Source: Dendrobates tinctorius
Lineage: Eukaryota
Direction: 5' to 3'
Assembly: GCF_039654945.1 (NCBI RefSeq)
Contig: NW_027361924.1
Span: 10,664,001 to 10,728,000 of the forward strand
Length of the DNA: 64,000 bases
A program made the position numbers and the translations under genes. This document shows, piece by piece, positions 10,579-25,356 of the stretch. The notes beneath the pieces are model-generated. The model was not told the origin of the DNA. It ran no database searches and worked only from the letters and a program-made list of their open reading frames with translations. How positions within the stretch are numbered: the stretch's first letter is position 1; every line of letters begins with the position of its first letter.

Positions 10579-13500
10579 GGGGTACAGCACGCAAGCATCC
10601 CATAAGCAAAGCATCACAGAAGATAAGCATCCAGCAAAACGGCAGTTATACGTGGCATGGAATTAACATTCATCTTCTCTCTTCACACAGGTAATCAACT
10701 GAGCCACCCTGCATGTATTTACTCCATTCACTGCCAGCAAGCAGCCTGAATGATACCACTTCCCACCTCTGCTGCCTCTATTCTCTGCTGTAACATATCC
10801 AAATGGTACAACTCCATACTTCTGCTGCTTTACCATTTTGCTGCATATTTAAATGTGCTTGCTAAAGCTTTGGTATAATTCATTTGTTGCACTGTATGTA
10901 ATACTTACTGCTTTAGATCTGTGACTGGGGCCTTTCTAGATCTTATCAGGTGGAAGGTGCTATAGCATTTTGCCACATCTTGGTCTAGTGCCTTTGATCA
11001 TCTAACCATCCCCTGGTGTGCTGGCCCCAGCTGCCAAATTATACCCAACCAGCTCCCACAATCCCTCTCTCCTGACCCTGTAGTGTGGCCTATATATGTA
11101 GTAGTTGCTAAGGGGAAGCACGCAGTGTGGGGTACAGCACGCAAGCATCCCATAAGCAAAGCATCACAGAAGATAAGCATCCAGCAAAACGGCAGTTATA
11201 CATGGCAGTTAGTCAGGTAACCCACAATTTGCCTTCCCCTTTAACCATGTGCTTTATTTTTATCCTCCTGTGTTCCCTTGCCATCCACATTCATCACCCT
11301 ATCCCCCCTCCATCACGACTCATACACATCAGCCCCTCTATACTTCCTTTTCCCATGTACAGCTCCCACACACTCCTCACCTTCCTGAGAAACCTCAGCC
11401 CATCTTGCCCAAACACATCGCAGAAAAAAACTACTTACAATTCCAACAACTATTTACTCTTTATCTTCCTACTCCTACTGATTTCAGGGGACATCTCCCC
11501 CAACCCTGGTCCACCATCCCCCAACCTCAACCCCTACCCTACCTCATATCGAAACCACAATAATCTGATTAACATTACTTGCACTCCCTCATCTCAATCT
11601 TTTAATTGTGCCCTCTGGAATCCACGGTCTGCTTGTAACAAGCTTCCTTTCCTACACAACTACTTTCTGAACAACTCTCTTAATCTGTTGGCCCTCACTG
11701 AAACCTGGATTCAGGATTCTGACACTGTCTCTCCTGCTGCCATTTCCTACGGTGGCTTACAATTCTCTCACTCCCCGAGACCCACAAACAGACCTGGTGG
11801 TGGAGTTGGCATACTCCTGTCCCCAAAATGCACTTTCCACGTCATCCCCCCAGTCCCATCACTCTTATTCCCTTCTTTTAAGGTCCACACCATCAGGCTC
11901 TTCCGTCCCCTCTCCCTCAGGGTAGCGGTCATATACCGGCCCCCAGGCTCACCCACCTAATTCGCTGACCACTTCTCAGCCTGGCTGCCATACTTCATGT
12001 CCTCAGAACTACCAACCCTCATCCTGGGAGACTTCAACATCCCCATTAACAGCCCTAATTCTACATCTGCATCCCAGCTTCTATCACTAACCACCTCTCT
12101 AGGCCTCTCACAGCTTTCAACCTCTGAGACACATAAGGACGGTAACACCCTTGATCTGGTCTTCTGCCGGCTCTGTTCAATCTCCCACCTAAATAATTCA
12201 CCGCTTCCACTCTCTGACCACAACATTCTCTCCTTCACGCTCACAAATCCTCACCCACCCCAGCACACTCCTACCTATCACACATTCAGAAATCTGCAAG
12301 CCATTAACCCTCAGACACTTTCAGATTCCCTACACTCATCTCTGTCCCCAATCTCCTCTCTTTCCTGTCCTAATCTGGCTGTTCATCACTACAATGACAC
12401 TCTTAGAAGCACCCTTGACCAAGTAGCTCCCCTCACCCTCAGAACCTCCAAACACAGAGTAAAACAGCCCTGGCTCACATCGCAAACTCAACTTCTCCAG
12501 CGATGCTCCAGGAGTGCTGAACGCCTATGGAGAAAAACCCGCAAACCAGAAGACTTCATCCACTTCAAATTTATGTTAAGAACCTATAACGCTGCCCTTC
12601 ACCTTGCCAAACAGACCTTCTTCACCACCCTGATCTCCTCATTAGCCAACAACCCCAAGAAACTTTTTGACACTTTTCACTCCCTCCTCAGGCCAAAAGC
12701 ACAAGCCCCTATCACAGACATTTGTGCTGATGACCTGGCCTCCCACTTTACAGAAAAAATAGATAATATCCGTCAAGAAATCTGCTCCCAACCACCAAGT
12801 GCTGTGACTCCCATCCCTTCCTACATCTCCCCTGGCTCACTCTCCACATTTGATCCCATCACAGAAGAAGAAGTCTCCAGACTCCTCTCTTCTTCTCGTC
12901 CGACTACATGCACTACCGACCCCATTCCCTCACATCTCCAGTCTCCAGTCGTCACAACCCACCTAACTACAATCTTTAATCTCTCCCTCTCCTCGGGCAT
13001 TTTCCCATCCTCCTTCAAACACGCCATCGTTACTCCATTACTAAAGAAACCTGCTCTCGACCCATCCTGCACAAACAACTACAGACCAGTCTCCAATCTC
13101 CCCTTCATCTCTAAACTTTTGGAACGCCTAGTTTACTCCTGCCTTACCCGTTACCTCTCCATTCACTCCCTTCTAGACCCTTCACAGTCCGGCTTCCGCC
13201 CCCTACATTCAACTGAAACTGCACTCATCAAAGTGACCAATGACCTTCTGACAGCAAAACGTAACGGTGACCACTCTCTGCTCATTCTTCTTGACCTATC
13301 TGCAGCTTTCGACACTGTTGTCCACCATCTCCTACTCTCTAGGCTCCAGTCACTAGGCATTAAGGACACTGCACTCTCCTGGTTCTCTTCCTATCTCTCT
13401 GACCGCTCCTTCAGTGTTTTGTTCTCTGGCTCCACGTCATCTCCTCTTCCTCTCACTGTTGGGGTACCTCAGGGCTCAGTCCTTGGCCCCCTTCTTTTCT

Positions 13501-14713
13501 CTCTCTACACGGCCCCAATTGGACAGACCATCAGCAGATTTGGCTTTCAGTACCATCTTTATGCTGATGACACACAACTATACACGTCTTCCCCCGACCT
13601 TACCCCCGCTGTACTACAGAACGCCACTGTCTGTCCGCAGTCTCCAATATCATGTCCGCTCTCTATCTGAAACTCAACCTCTCCAAAACTGAACTTCTTC
13701 TGCTCCCGCCATCTACTAACCTCCCTAAACCTGACATTTCCCTCTCCGTGGGTGGTACCACAATAACACCCCGGCAGCAGGCGTGCTGTCTGGGTGTTAT
13801 GTTTGACACCAATCTCTCCTTTACATCCCATATACAATCCCTTGCCCGCTCCTGCCGCTTACACCTAAAGAACATCTCTAGAATCCGCCCTTTTCTCACT
13901 GTGGAAACAACAAAAACCCTCACTGTAGCATTGATCCACTCTCACCTGGATTACTGCAACGCTCTATTAATTGGCCTCCCCGTCACTCGACTATCCCCTC
14001 TCCAGTCCATACTCAATGCAGCAGCCAGGATCGTCCATCTGGGTAATCGGTACTTGGATGCGTCCGCTCTTCGCCAGTCCTTACATTGGCTGCCCATTCA
14101 TTATAGGATCCAATTCAAAGTACTTGTTCTCACCCACAAAGCTCTCCACAGTGCGGCACCCCCCTACATCTCTTCTCTCATTTCTGTCTATCGGCCTAGC
14201 CGATCGCTGCGCTCTGCAAACGACTTTCGACTAACCTCTGCCCTAATCCGTACCTCCCACTCCCGACTCCAAGACTTCTCCCGTGCTGCTCCTATCCTCT
14301 GGAATGCTCTACCCCAAGAAATCAGGACTATCCACAATTTGCATAGTTTTAGGCGCTCCCTCAAAACACACCTGTTCAGAGCGGCCTATCACATTCACTA
14401 ATCAAAGTCATTCTCTGTGTAAGTGTGCGTGTGTAGCCCATTCACTATCTCCATCCATCCTTCACTCCCGCAAGATGGCTGGACCTTCATTGTAAATACA
14501 CCATTGTAAATACACACCTGTACTCTGTATCTCCCTCACCTCATTGTAGATTGTACGCTCTCACGAGCAGGGTCGTCTTATTTCGTCTTATTTTGCTTTA
14601 ATTATTGTATTGTTAGCGTTGTTACTTATGACTTGTGTTTTGAAACTGTTAAACTGTAAAGCGCTGCGGAATATGTTGGCGCTATATAAATAAAGATTAT
14701 TATTATTATTATT
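10579..14713 (+). mobile_element. L2-clade non-LTR retrotransposon, near full-length APE-RT, inactivated
   Basis: APE motifs (ALWNPRS, LTETW, GGGVG, IYRPP, LGDFN, TLDL, LSDH); RT motifs ([25 protein letters not shown]); AATAAA plus (ATT)n tail; (t)acatt duplicated at both flanks. Confidence 0.93.
11202..14401 (+). pseudogene. L2 ORF2 (2A-like - APE endonuclease - reverse transcriptase)
   Basis: In-frame TAA at 11958-11960 and a frameshift near 13630 split one ORF into track ORFs 11127-11960, 11997-13670 and 13652-14401. Confidence 0.9.
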
Positions 14714-16669
14714 ACATTACATTACTGATCCTGAGTTACATCCTGTATTATACTCTAGAGCTGCACTCACTATTCTGCTGGTGCAGTCACTGTGTACATA
14801 CATTACATTACTGATCCTGAGTTACATCCTGTATTATACTCCAGAGCTGCACTCACTATTCTGCTGGTGCAGTCACTGTGTACATACATTACATTACTGA
14901 TCCTGAGTTACATCCTGTATTATACCCCAGAGCTGCACTCACTATTCTGCTGGTGCAGTCACTGTGTACATTACATTACTGATCCTGAGTTACATCCTGT
15001 ATTATACTCCAGAGCTGCACTCACTATTCTGCTGGTGCAGTCACTGTGTACATACAGTACATTACTGATCCTGAGTTACATCCTGTATTATACTCCAGAG
15101 CTGCACTCACTATTCTGCTGGTGCAGTCACTGTGTACATACAGTACATTACTGATCCTGAGTTACCTCCTGTATTATACTCCAGAGCTGCACTCACTATT
15201 CTGCTGGTGCAGTCACTGTGTACATACATTACATTACTGATCCTGAGTTACCTCCTGTATTATACTCCAGAGCTGCACTCAATATTCTGCTGGTGCAGTC
15301 ACTGTGTACATACATTACATTACTGATCCTGAGTTACATCCTGTATTATACTCCAGAGCTGCACTCACTATTCTGCTGGTGCAGTCACTGTGTACATACA
15401 GTACATTACTGATCCTGAGTTACCTCCTGTATTATACCCCAGGCTGCACTCACTATTCTGCTGGTGCAGTCACTGTGTACATACATTACATTACTGATCC
15501 TGAGTTACATTCTGTATTATACTCCAGAGCTGCACTCACTATTCTGCTGGTGCAGTCACTGTGTACATACATTACATTACTGATCCGGAGTTACCTCCTG
15601 TATTATACTCCAGAGCTGCACTCACTATTCTGCTGCTGCAGTCACTGTGTACATACATTACATTACTGATCCTGAGTTACATCCTGTATTATACCCCAGA
15701 GCTGCACTCACTATTCTGCTGGTGCTGTCACTGTGTACATACATTACATTACTGATCCTGAGTTACATCCTGTATTATACTCCAGAGCTGCACTCACTAT
15801 TCTGCTGGTGCAGTCACTGTGTACATACATTACATTACTGATCCTGAGTTACATCCTGTATTATACTCCAGAGCTGCACTCACTGTTTTGCTGGTGCAGT
15901 CACTGTGTACATACATTACATTACTGATCCTGAGTTACATCCTGTATTATACCCCAGAGCTGCACTCACTATTCTGCTGGTGCAGTCACTGTGTACATAC
16001 ATTACATTACTGATCCTGAGTTACCTCCTGTATTATACCCCAGAGCTGCACTCACTATTCTGCTGGTGCAGTCACTGTGTACATACATTACATTACTGAT
16101 CCTGAGTTACATCCTGTATTATACTCCAGAGCTGCACTCACTGTTTTGCTGGTGCAGTCACTGTGTACATACATTACATTACTGATCCTGAGTTACATCC
16201 TGTATTATACCCCAGAGCTGCACTCACTATTCTGCTGGTGCAGTCACTGTGTACATACATTACATTACTGATCCTGAGTTACCTCCTGTATTATACTCTA
16301 GAGCTGCACTCACTATTCTGCTGGTGCAGTCACTGTGTACATACATTACATTACTGATCCTGAGTTACATCCTGTATTATACTCCAGAGCTGCACTCACT
16401 ATTCTGCTGGTGCAGTCACTGTGTACATACATTACATTACTGATCCTGAGTTACATACTGTATTATACTCCAGAGCTGCTCTCACTATTCTGCTGGTGCA
16501 GTCACTGTGTACATACATTACATTACTGATCCTGAGTTACATCCTGTATTATACCCCAGAGCTGCACTCACTATTCTGCTGGTGCAGTCACTGTGTACAT
16601 ACAGTACATTACTGATCCTGAGTTACCTCCTGTATTATACTCCAGAGCTGCACTCACTATTCTGCTGGT
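14714..16669. repeat. 86-bp satellite, right part
   Basis: Same unit resumes in register after the L2 tail. Confidence 0.97.
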
Positions 16670-17440
16670 TGTTAGCCGCCATGCTTGCCTTGGATCCCTA
16701 CTAACACCTTTGCCGTGCTCCTATAATACAGAGGGCTCGTTCCCATTTTCCTTTATCAGACGACCATATTGCATTTGGGGTGAAGTTGAAACTTCTCATA
16801 ATCCAAATTAATAAGTTAAACTTTGTAAAGACTGTGAAAAGCAGGGAATGCTGGGAAATTTCAGCTCCGGGGTATAATACTGGATAGTAAGAGATTTAGA
16901 ATCAGTAATTCTGCAGAGTTAATGTTGGGTCCTGATACAGGAACGTTTCCCTCACAGATGGCAGTCAGCCCTATAGATGAGTGATGCCCCTGTGGCCCCG
17001 GCCCTTCCCCCGCTCCCGTCCCTACATGACTTGCACTTTATGTGACTCTATACATTGAGTTTTGCTGTGTCATGTCGGTGATTTCTGCTGCGTCATTGTA
17101 TAGGAACAGAACAAACTGCTGAAAGGCCCGCGCCCGCGGCGTCATGGCGGAGGTGCTGGCTCCTCTATGTCCTTAATTTTGCTGACTAAGAGCTCAAAAT
17201 ATAAATGTAATAAGTAAAATGACAATAAAATATAATCTAAAATCATATAATAAAAATGTCATATAATGCGATGCTATAAATAATATAATAGTGCGGACAT
17301 CGTGTGATAACGCTGTACAGGTATATAATACAAGATAATGTGAAGACTGGAAAATAATCTAAAAATATAGAAATGCAGTAATAGTAATCATGTAATAAAG
17401 GCGAAGGGCGAGAACAGAGTGCAGCGGGCTGTGAGCCACA

Positions 17441-20400
17441 GCTATTCAGGGGGCACAGTGTGGGGCATATGCTATTCAGGGGGCACAGTGTGGGGCATAT
17501 TCTATTCAGGGGGCACAGTGTGGGACATATGCTATTCAGGGGGCACAGTGTAGGGAATATGCTATTCAGGGGGCACAGTGTGGGACATATGCTATTCAGG
17601 GGGCACAGTGTGGGGCATATTCTATTCAGGGGGCACAGTGTGGGGCATATTCTATTCAGGGGGCACAGTGTGGGGCATATTCTATTCAGGGGGCACAGTG
17701 TGGGGTATATTCTATTCAGGGGGCACAGTGTGGGGTATGTTCTATTCAGGGGGCACAGTGTGGGGCATATTCTATTCAGGGGGCACAGTGTGGGGTATAT
17801 TCTATTCAGGGGGCACAGTGTGGGGTATGTTCTATTCAGGGGGCACAGTGTGGGGCATATTCTATTCAGGGGGCACAGTGTGGGGCATATTCTATTCAGG
17901 GGCACAGTGTGGGGCATATTCTATTCAGGGGGCACAGTGTGGGACATATGCTATTCAGGGGGCACAGTGTGGGGTATATTCTATTCAGGGGGCACAGTGT
18001 GGGGTATATTCTATTCAGGGGGCACAGTGTGGGGCATATTCTATTCAGGGGGCACAGTGTGGGCATATTCTATTCAGGGGGCACAGTGTAGGGCATATTC
18101 TATTCAGGGGCACAGTGTGGGACATATTCTATTCAGGGGCACAGTGTGGGGCATATTCTATTCAGGGGGCACAGTGTGGGGCATATTCTATTCAGGGGGC
18201 ACAGTGTGGGGCATATTCTATTCAGGGGGCACAGTGTGGGGTATATTCTATTCAGGGGGCACAGTGTGGGGTATGTTCTATTCAGGGGCACAGTGTGGGG
18301 CATATTCTATTCAGGGGGCACAGTGTGGGGCATATTCTATTCAGGGGGCACAGTGTGGGGTATATTCTATTCAGGGGGCACAGTGTGGGGCATATTCTAT
18401 TCAGGGGGCACAGTGTGGGGCATATTCTATTCAGGGGGCACAGTGTGGGGCATATTCTATTCAGGGGGCACAGTGTAGGGCATATTCTATTCAGGGGGCA
18501 CAGTGTGGGGCATATTCTATTCAGGGGGCACAGTGTGGGCATATTCTATTCAGGGGGCACAGTGTAGGGCATATTCTATTCAGGGGGCACAGTGTGGGGC
18601 ATATTCTATTCAGGGGCACAGTGTGGGGCATATTCTATTCAGGGGGCACAGTGTGGGGCATATTCTATTCAGGGGGCACAGTGTGGGGCATATTCTATTC
18701 AGGGGGCACAGTGTGGGGTATATTCTATTCAGGGGGCACAGTGTGGGGCATATTCTATTCAGGGGGCACAGTGTGGGGCATTTTCTATTCAGGGGGCACA
18801 GTGCGGGGCATATTCTATTCAGGGGGCACAGTGTGGGGTATATTCTATTCAGGGGGCACAGTGTGGGGTATGTTCTATTCAGGGGCACAGTGTGGGGCAT
18901 ATTCTATTCAGGGGGCACAGTGTGGGGCATATTCTATTCAGGGGGCACAGTGTGGGGTATATTCTATTCAGGGGGCACAGTGTGGGGCATATTCTATTCA
19001 GGGGGCACAGTGTGGGGCATATTCTATTCAGGGGGCACAGTGTGGGGCATATTCTATTCAGGGGGCACAGTGTAGGGCATATTCTATTCAGGGGGCACAG
19101 TGTGGGGCATATTCTATTCAGGGGGCACAGTGTGGGCATATTCTATTCAGGGGGCACAGTGTAGGGCATATTCTATTCAGGGGGCACAGTGTGGGGCATA
19201 TTCTATTCAGGGGCACAGTGTGGGGCATATTCTATTCAGGGGGCACAGTGTGGGGCATATTCTATTCAGGGGGCACAGTGTGGGGCATATTCTATTCAGG
19301 GGGCACAGTGTGGGGTATATTCTATTCAGGGGGCACAGTGTGGGGTATGTTCTATTCAGGGGCACAGTGTGGGGCATATTCTATTCAGGGGGCACAGTGT
19401 GGGGCATATTCTATTCAGGGGGCACAGTGTGGGGTATATTCTATTCAGGGGGCACAGTGTGGGGCATATTCTATTCAGGGGGCACAGTGTGGGGCATATT
19501 CTATTCAGGGGGCACAGTGTGGGGCATATTCTATTCAGGGGCACAGTGTGGGGTATATTCTATTTAGGGGGCACAGTGTGGGGTATATTCTATTCAGGGG
19601 CACAGCGTGGGACATATGCTATTCAGGGGGCACAGTGTGGGGTATATTCTATTTAGGGGGCACAGTGTGGGGTATATACTATTCAGGGGGCACAGTGTGG
19701 GACATATGCTATTCAGGGGGCACAGTGTGGGGTATATTCTATTTAGGGGGCACAGTGTGGGGTATATGCTATTCAGGGGCACAGTGTGGGCATATTGTAT
19801 TCAGGGGGCACAGTGTGGGGCATATTCCTTTCAGGGGCACAGTGTGGGGCATATTCTATTCAGGGGGCACAGTATGGGCATATTCTATTCAGGGTTCACA
19901 GTCTGGGCATATTCTATTCAGGGGCACAGTGTGGGGTATATTCTATTCAGGGGGCACAGTGTGGGGCATATTCTATTCAGGGGGCACAGTGTGGGCATAT
20001 TCTATTCAGGGGGCACAGTGTAGGGCATATTCTATTCAGGGGCACAGTGTGGGACATATTCTATTCAGGGGGCATAGTGTGGGGTATATTCTATTCAGGG
20101 GCACATGTGGGTTATATTCTATTCAGGGGCACAGTGTGGGGCATATTCTATTCAGAGGGCACAGTGTGGGGTATATTCTATTCAGGGGCACAGTGTGGGC
20201 ATATTCTATTCAGGGGGCACAGTGTGGGGCATATTCTATTTAGGGGGCACAGTGTGGGGAATATTCTATTTAGGGGGCACAGTGTGGGGCATATTCTATT
20301 CAGGGGCACAGTGTGGGCATATTCCATTCAGGGGGCACAGTATGGGCATATTCTATTCAGGGGGCACAGTATGGGCATATTCTATTCAGGGTTCACAGTC

Positions 20401-23400
20401 TGGGCATATTCTATTCAGGGGCACAGTGTGGGGTATACTCTATTCAGGGGGCACAGTGTGGGGCATATTGTATTCAGGGGCACAGTGTGGGGTATATTCT
20501 ATTTAGGGGGCACAGTGTGGGGTATATTCTATTCAGGGGCACAGTGTGGGACATATGCTATTCAGGGGGCACAGTGTGGGGTATATTCTATTTAGGGGAA
20601 CAGTGTGAGGTATATGCTATTCAGGGGCACAGTGTGGGCATATTGTATTCAGGGGGCACAGTGTGGGGCATATTCCTTTAAGGGGCACAGTGTGGGCATA
20701 TTCCATTCAGGGGGAACAGTATGGGCATATTCTATTCAGGGGGCACAGTGTGGGGCATATTCTATTCAGGGGCACAGTGTGGGCATATTCCATTCAGGGG
20801 GCACAGTATGGGCATATTCTATTCAGGGGGCACAGTATGGGCATATTCTATTCAGGGTTCACAGTCTGGGCATATTCTATTCAGGGGCACAGTGTGGGGT
20901 ATATTCTATTCAGGGGGCACAGTGTGGGGCATATTCTATTCAGGGGGCACAGTATGGACATATTCTATTCAGGGGTCACAGTGGGCATATTCTATTCAGG
21001 GGGCACAGTGTGGGGCATATTCTATTCAGGGGCACAGTGTGGGCATATTCCATTCAGGGGGCACAGTATGGGCATATTCTATTCAGGGGGCATAGCATGG
21101 GCATATTCTATTCAGGGGTCACAGTATGGGCATATTCTATTCAGGGGGCACAGTGTGGGGCATATTCTATTCAGGGGCACAGTGTGGGCATATTCCATTC
21201 AGGGGGCACAGTGTGGGGCATATTCTATTCAGGGGGCATAGTGTGGGGTATATTCTATTCAGGGGGCACAGTGTGGGGCATATTCTATTCAGGGGGCACA
21301 GTGTGGGCATATTCTATTCAGGGGCACAGTGTAGGGCATATTCTATTCAGGGGCACAGTGTGAGGCATATTCTATTCAGGGGGCATAGTGTGGGGTATAT
21401 TCTATTCAGGGGCACATGTGGGTTATATTCTATTCAGGGGCACAGTGTGGGGCATATTCTATTCAGGGGGCACAGTGTGGGGTATATTCTATTCAGGGGG
21501 CACAGTGTGGGGCATATTCTATTCAGGGGGCACAGTATGGGCATATTCTATTCAGGGGTCACAGTGGGCATATTCTATTCAGGGGGCACAGTGTGGGGCA
21601 TATTCTATTCAGGGGCACAGTATGGGCATATTCTATTCAGGGGGCATAGCATGGGCATATTCTATTCAGGGGTCACAGTATGGGCATATTCTATTCAGGG
21701 GGCACAGGGTGGGGCATATTCTATTCAGGGGAACAGTGTGGGCATATTCCATTCAGGGGGCACAGTGTGGGGCATATTCTATTCAGGGGGAATAGTGTGG
21801 GGTATATTCTATTCAGGGGGCACAGTGTGGGGCATATTCTTTTCAGGGGGCACAGTGTGGGCATATTCTATTCAGGGGGCACAGTGTAGGGCATATTCTA
21901 TTCAGGGGCACAGTGTGGGGCATATTCTATTCAGGGGGCATAGTGTGGGGTATATTCTATTCAGGGGCACATGTGGGTTATATTCTATTCAGGGGCACAG
22001 TGTAGGGCATATTCTATTCAGGGGGCACAGTGTGGGGTATATTCTATTCAGGGGAACAGTGTGGGCATATTCCATTCAGGGGGCACAGTGTGGGGCATAT
22101 TCTATTCAGGGGGAATAGTGTGGGGTATATTCTATTCAGGGGGCACAGTGTGGGGCAAATTCTTTTCAGGGGGCACAGTGTGGGCATATTCTATTCAGGG
22201 GGCACAGTGTAGGGCATATTCTATTCAGGGGCACAGTGTGGGGCATATTCTATTCAGGGGGCATAGTGTGGGGTATATTCTATTCAGGGGCACATGTGGG
22301 TTATATTCTATTCAGGGGGCACAGTGTGGGGCATATTCTATTCAGGGGGCACAGTGTGGGGCATATTCTATTTAGGGGGCACAGTGTGGGGCATATTCTA
22401 TTCAGGGGCGCAGTGTGGGGTATACTCTATTCAGGTGGCACAGTGTGGGGTATATTCTATTCAGGGGGCACAGTGTGGGGCATATTCTATTCAGGGGCGC
22501 AGTGTGGGGTATACTCTATTCAGGGGGCACAGTGTGGGGCATATTGTATTCAGGGGCACAGTGTGGGGTATATTCTATTTAGGGGGCACAGTGTGGGGTA
22601 TATTCTATTCAGGGGCACAGTGTGGGACATATGCTATTCAGGGGGCACAGTGTGGGGTATATTCTATTTAGGGGGCACAGTGTGGGGTATATGCTATTCA
22701 GGGGCACAGTGTGGGCATATTGTATTCAGGGGGCACAGTGTGGGGCATATTCAATTCAGGGGGCACAGTATGGGCATATTCTATTCAGGGTTCACAGTCT
22801 GGGCATATTCTATTCAGGGGCACAGTGTGGGGTATATTCTATTCAAGGGGCACAGTGTCGGGCATATTCTATTCAGGGGGCACAGTATGGGCATATTCTA
22901 TTCAGGGGTCACAGTGGGCATATTCTATTCAGGGGGCACAGTGTGGGGCATATTCTATTCAGGGGCACAGTGTGGGCATATTCCATTCAGGGGGCACAGT
23001 ATGGGCATATTCTATTCAGGGGGCATAGCATGGGCATATTCTATTCAGGGGTCACAGTATGGGCATATTCTATTCAGGGGGCACAGTGTGGGGCATATTG
23101 TATTCAGGGGCACAGTGTGGGCATATTCCATTCAGGGGGCACAGTGTGGGGCATATTCTATTCAGGGGGCATAGTGTGGGGTATATTGTATTCAGGGGGC
23201 ACAGTGTGGGGCATATTCATTTCAGGGGGCACAGTGTGGGCATATTCTATTCAGGGGGCACAGTGTAGGGCATATTCTATTCAGGGGCACAGTGTGGGGC
23301 ATATTCTATTCAGGGGGCATAGTGTGGGGTATATTCTATTCAGGGGCACATGTGGGTTATATTATATTCAGGGGCACAGTGTGGGGCATATTCTATTCAG

Positions 23401-24717
23401 GGGGCACAGTGTGGGGTATATTCTATTCAGGGGGCACAGTGTGGGGCATATTCTATTCAGGGGGCACAGTATGGGCATATTCTATTCAGGGGTCACAGTG
23501 GGCATATTCTATTCAGGGGGCACAGTGTGGGGCATATTCTATTCAGGGGCACAGTATGGGCATATTCTATTCAGGGGGCATAGCATGGGCATATTCTATT
23601 CAAGGGTCACAGTATGGGCATATTCTATTCAGGGGGCACAGTGTGGGGCATATTCTTTTCAGGGGGCACAGTGTGGGCATATTCTATTCAGGGGGCACAG
23701 TGTAGGGCATATTCTATTCAGGGGCACAGTGTGGGGCATATTCTATTCAGGGGGCATAGTGTGGGGTATATTCTATTCAGGGGCACATGTGGGTTATATT
23801 CTATTCAGGGGCACAGTGTGGGGTATATTCTATTCAGGGGCACAGTGTGGGCATATTCTATTCAGGGGGCACAGTGTGGGGCATATTCTATTTAGGGGGC
23901 ACAGTGTGGGGCATATTCTATTCAGGGGCGCAGTGTGGGGTATACTCTATTCAGGGGGCACAGTGTGGGGTATATTCTATTCAGGGGGCACAGTGTGGGG
24001 CATATTGTATTCAGGGGCACAGTGTGGGGTATATTCTATTTAGGGGGCACAGTGTGGGGTATATTCTATTCAGGGGCACAGTGTGGGACATATGCTATTC
24101 AGGGGGCACAGTGTGGGGTATATTCTATTTAGGGGGCACAGTGTGGGGTATATGCTATTCAGGGGCACAGTGTGGGACATATGCTATTCAGGGGGCACAG
24201 TGTGGGGTATATTCTATTTAGGGGGCACAGTGTGGGGTATATGCTATTCAGGGGCACAGTGTGGGACATATGCTATTCAGGGGCACAGTGTGGGCATATT
24301 GTATTCAGGGGGCACAGTGTGGGGTATATTCCATTCAGGGGCACAGTGTGGGGCATATTCTATTCAGGGGGTACAGTATGGGCATATTCTATTCAGGGGT
24401 CACAGTGTGGGGCATATTCTATTCAGGGGCACAGTGTGGGGTATATTCTATTCAGGGGGCACAGTGTGGGGCATATTCTATTCAGGGGCACAGTGTGGGG
24501 CATATTCTATTCAGGGGCACAGTATGGACATATTCTATTCAGGGGCACAGTGTGGGGTATATTCTATTCAGGGGGCACAGTGTGGGGCATATTCTATTCA
24601 GGGGCACAGTATGGGCATATTCTATTCAGGGGCACAGTGTGGGGTATATTCTATTCAGGGGGCACAGTGTGGGGTATATTCTATTCAGGGGGCACAGTGT
24701 GGGGCATATTCTATTCA
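17441..24717. repeat. 28-30-bp G-rich minisatellite (ctattcagggggcacagtgtggggcatatt), upstream of NMRAL1 exon 1a
   Basis: About 7.3 kb of tandem units with higher-order variant blocks. Confidence 0.97.
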
Positions 24718-25084
24718 TCGACTGCTACATGTCAGAGTTATCGCAGTATGTGAATGTGCTGGAAAAGAAGGAGCTGAAATCATCTGGGCGCTTGTCCGGA
24801 TGACTCTTGGCCGGGAGAAGCCGTCATGAAGGTCTGGTTAAGGTGGAGAAGAAAAGGGAAGAGAATGACAGCAGGGAAGGCGTCATCCATAAGGTCACAG
24901 AATGGCGCTGACTGCGTCTGGTCAGTCCTGGGGTCTCTGCACGGTCTCCTGAGGGATGATATTCTTATAGAGACTTATCAGGGAACACATCTTGTGAGGG
25001 CCCAAGCGCGTATTACTAGGTCCCCCAGCCCTCACATCACCGGTCCATGCTGACACATTTCTCTGGGCATCTCCTGACTTCACC

Positions 25085-25316
25085 TGTGCCCAATGTTCTA
25101 GGAACGAGTCCAACTTTTGGGAGTTCGTCTTTATTCTCCAGGTGGCCATTGGCTCTGCTTAACCGGCGCGCCCAAAATCTTATCCAAACACAGCCGATCC
25201 CTTCTTCCCATACAACCTGCCCCTTGGATACTGTGCTGAGTCACTGGGGCTGGCTGCAGTATAAGGAGCAGCTCCCTGTACACACTGATCCTGACTGCGA
25301 AGCTGCACGGATCCTC
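25085..25316 (+). promoter_or_regulatory. Putative promoter of NMRAL1-A, copy 1 (copy 2 at ~28890-29122)
   Basis: CCAAT at 25090, ATTGG at 25148, GC-rich ccggcgcgcc, and TATAAG at 25260, 57 nt upstream of the ATG. Confidence 0.5.
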
Positions 25317-25356
25317 ATGGCTGCCAGGAAGGTTATCACAGTGTTCGGGGCCACAG
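25317..25356 (+). CDS. NMRAL1: NMRAL1-A first coding exon, copy a (MAARKVITVFGAT-G)
   Basis: 40-nt exon carrying the Rossmann GxxG start; ends G|GTGAGT in phase 1, matching the phase of the acceptor at 33819. Confidence 0.85.

Noticed and set aside
8718-16811. Series of 64-aa ORFs (MYIHYITDPEL...) resembling a peptide gene cluster
   Set aside because: Periodic translation of the 86-bp satellite, using GTG starts
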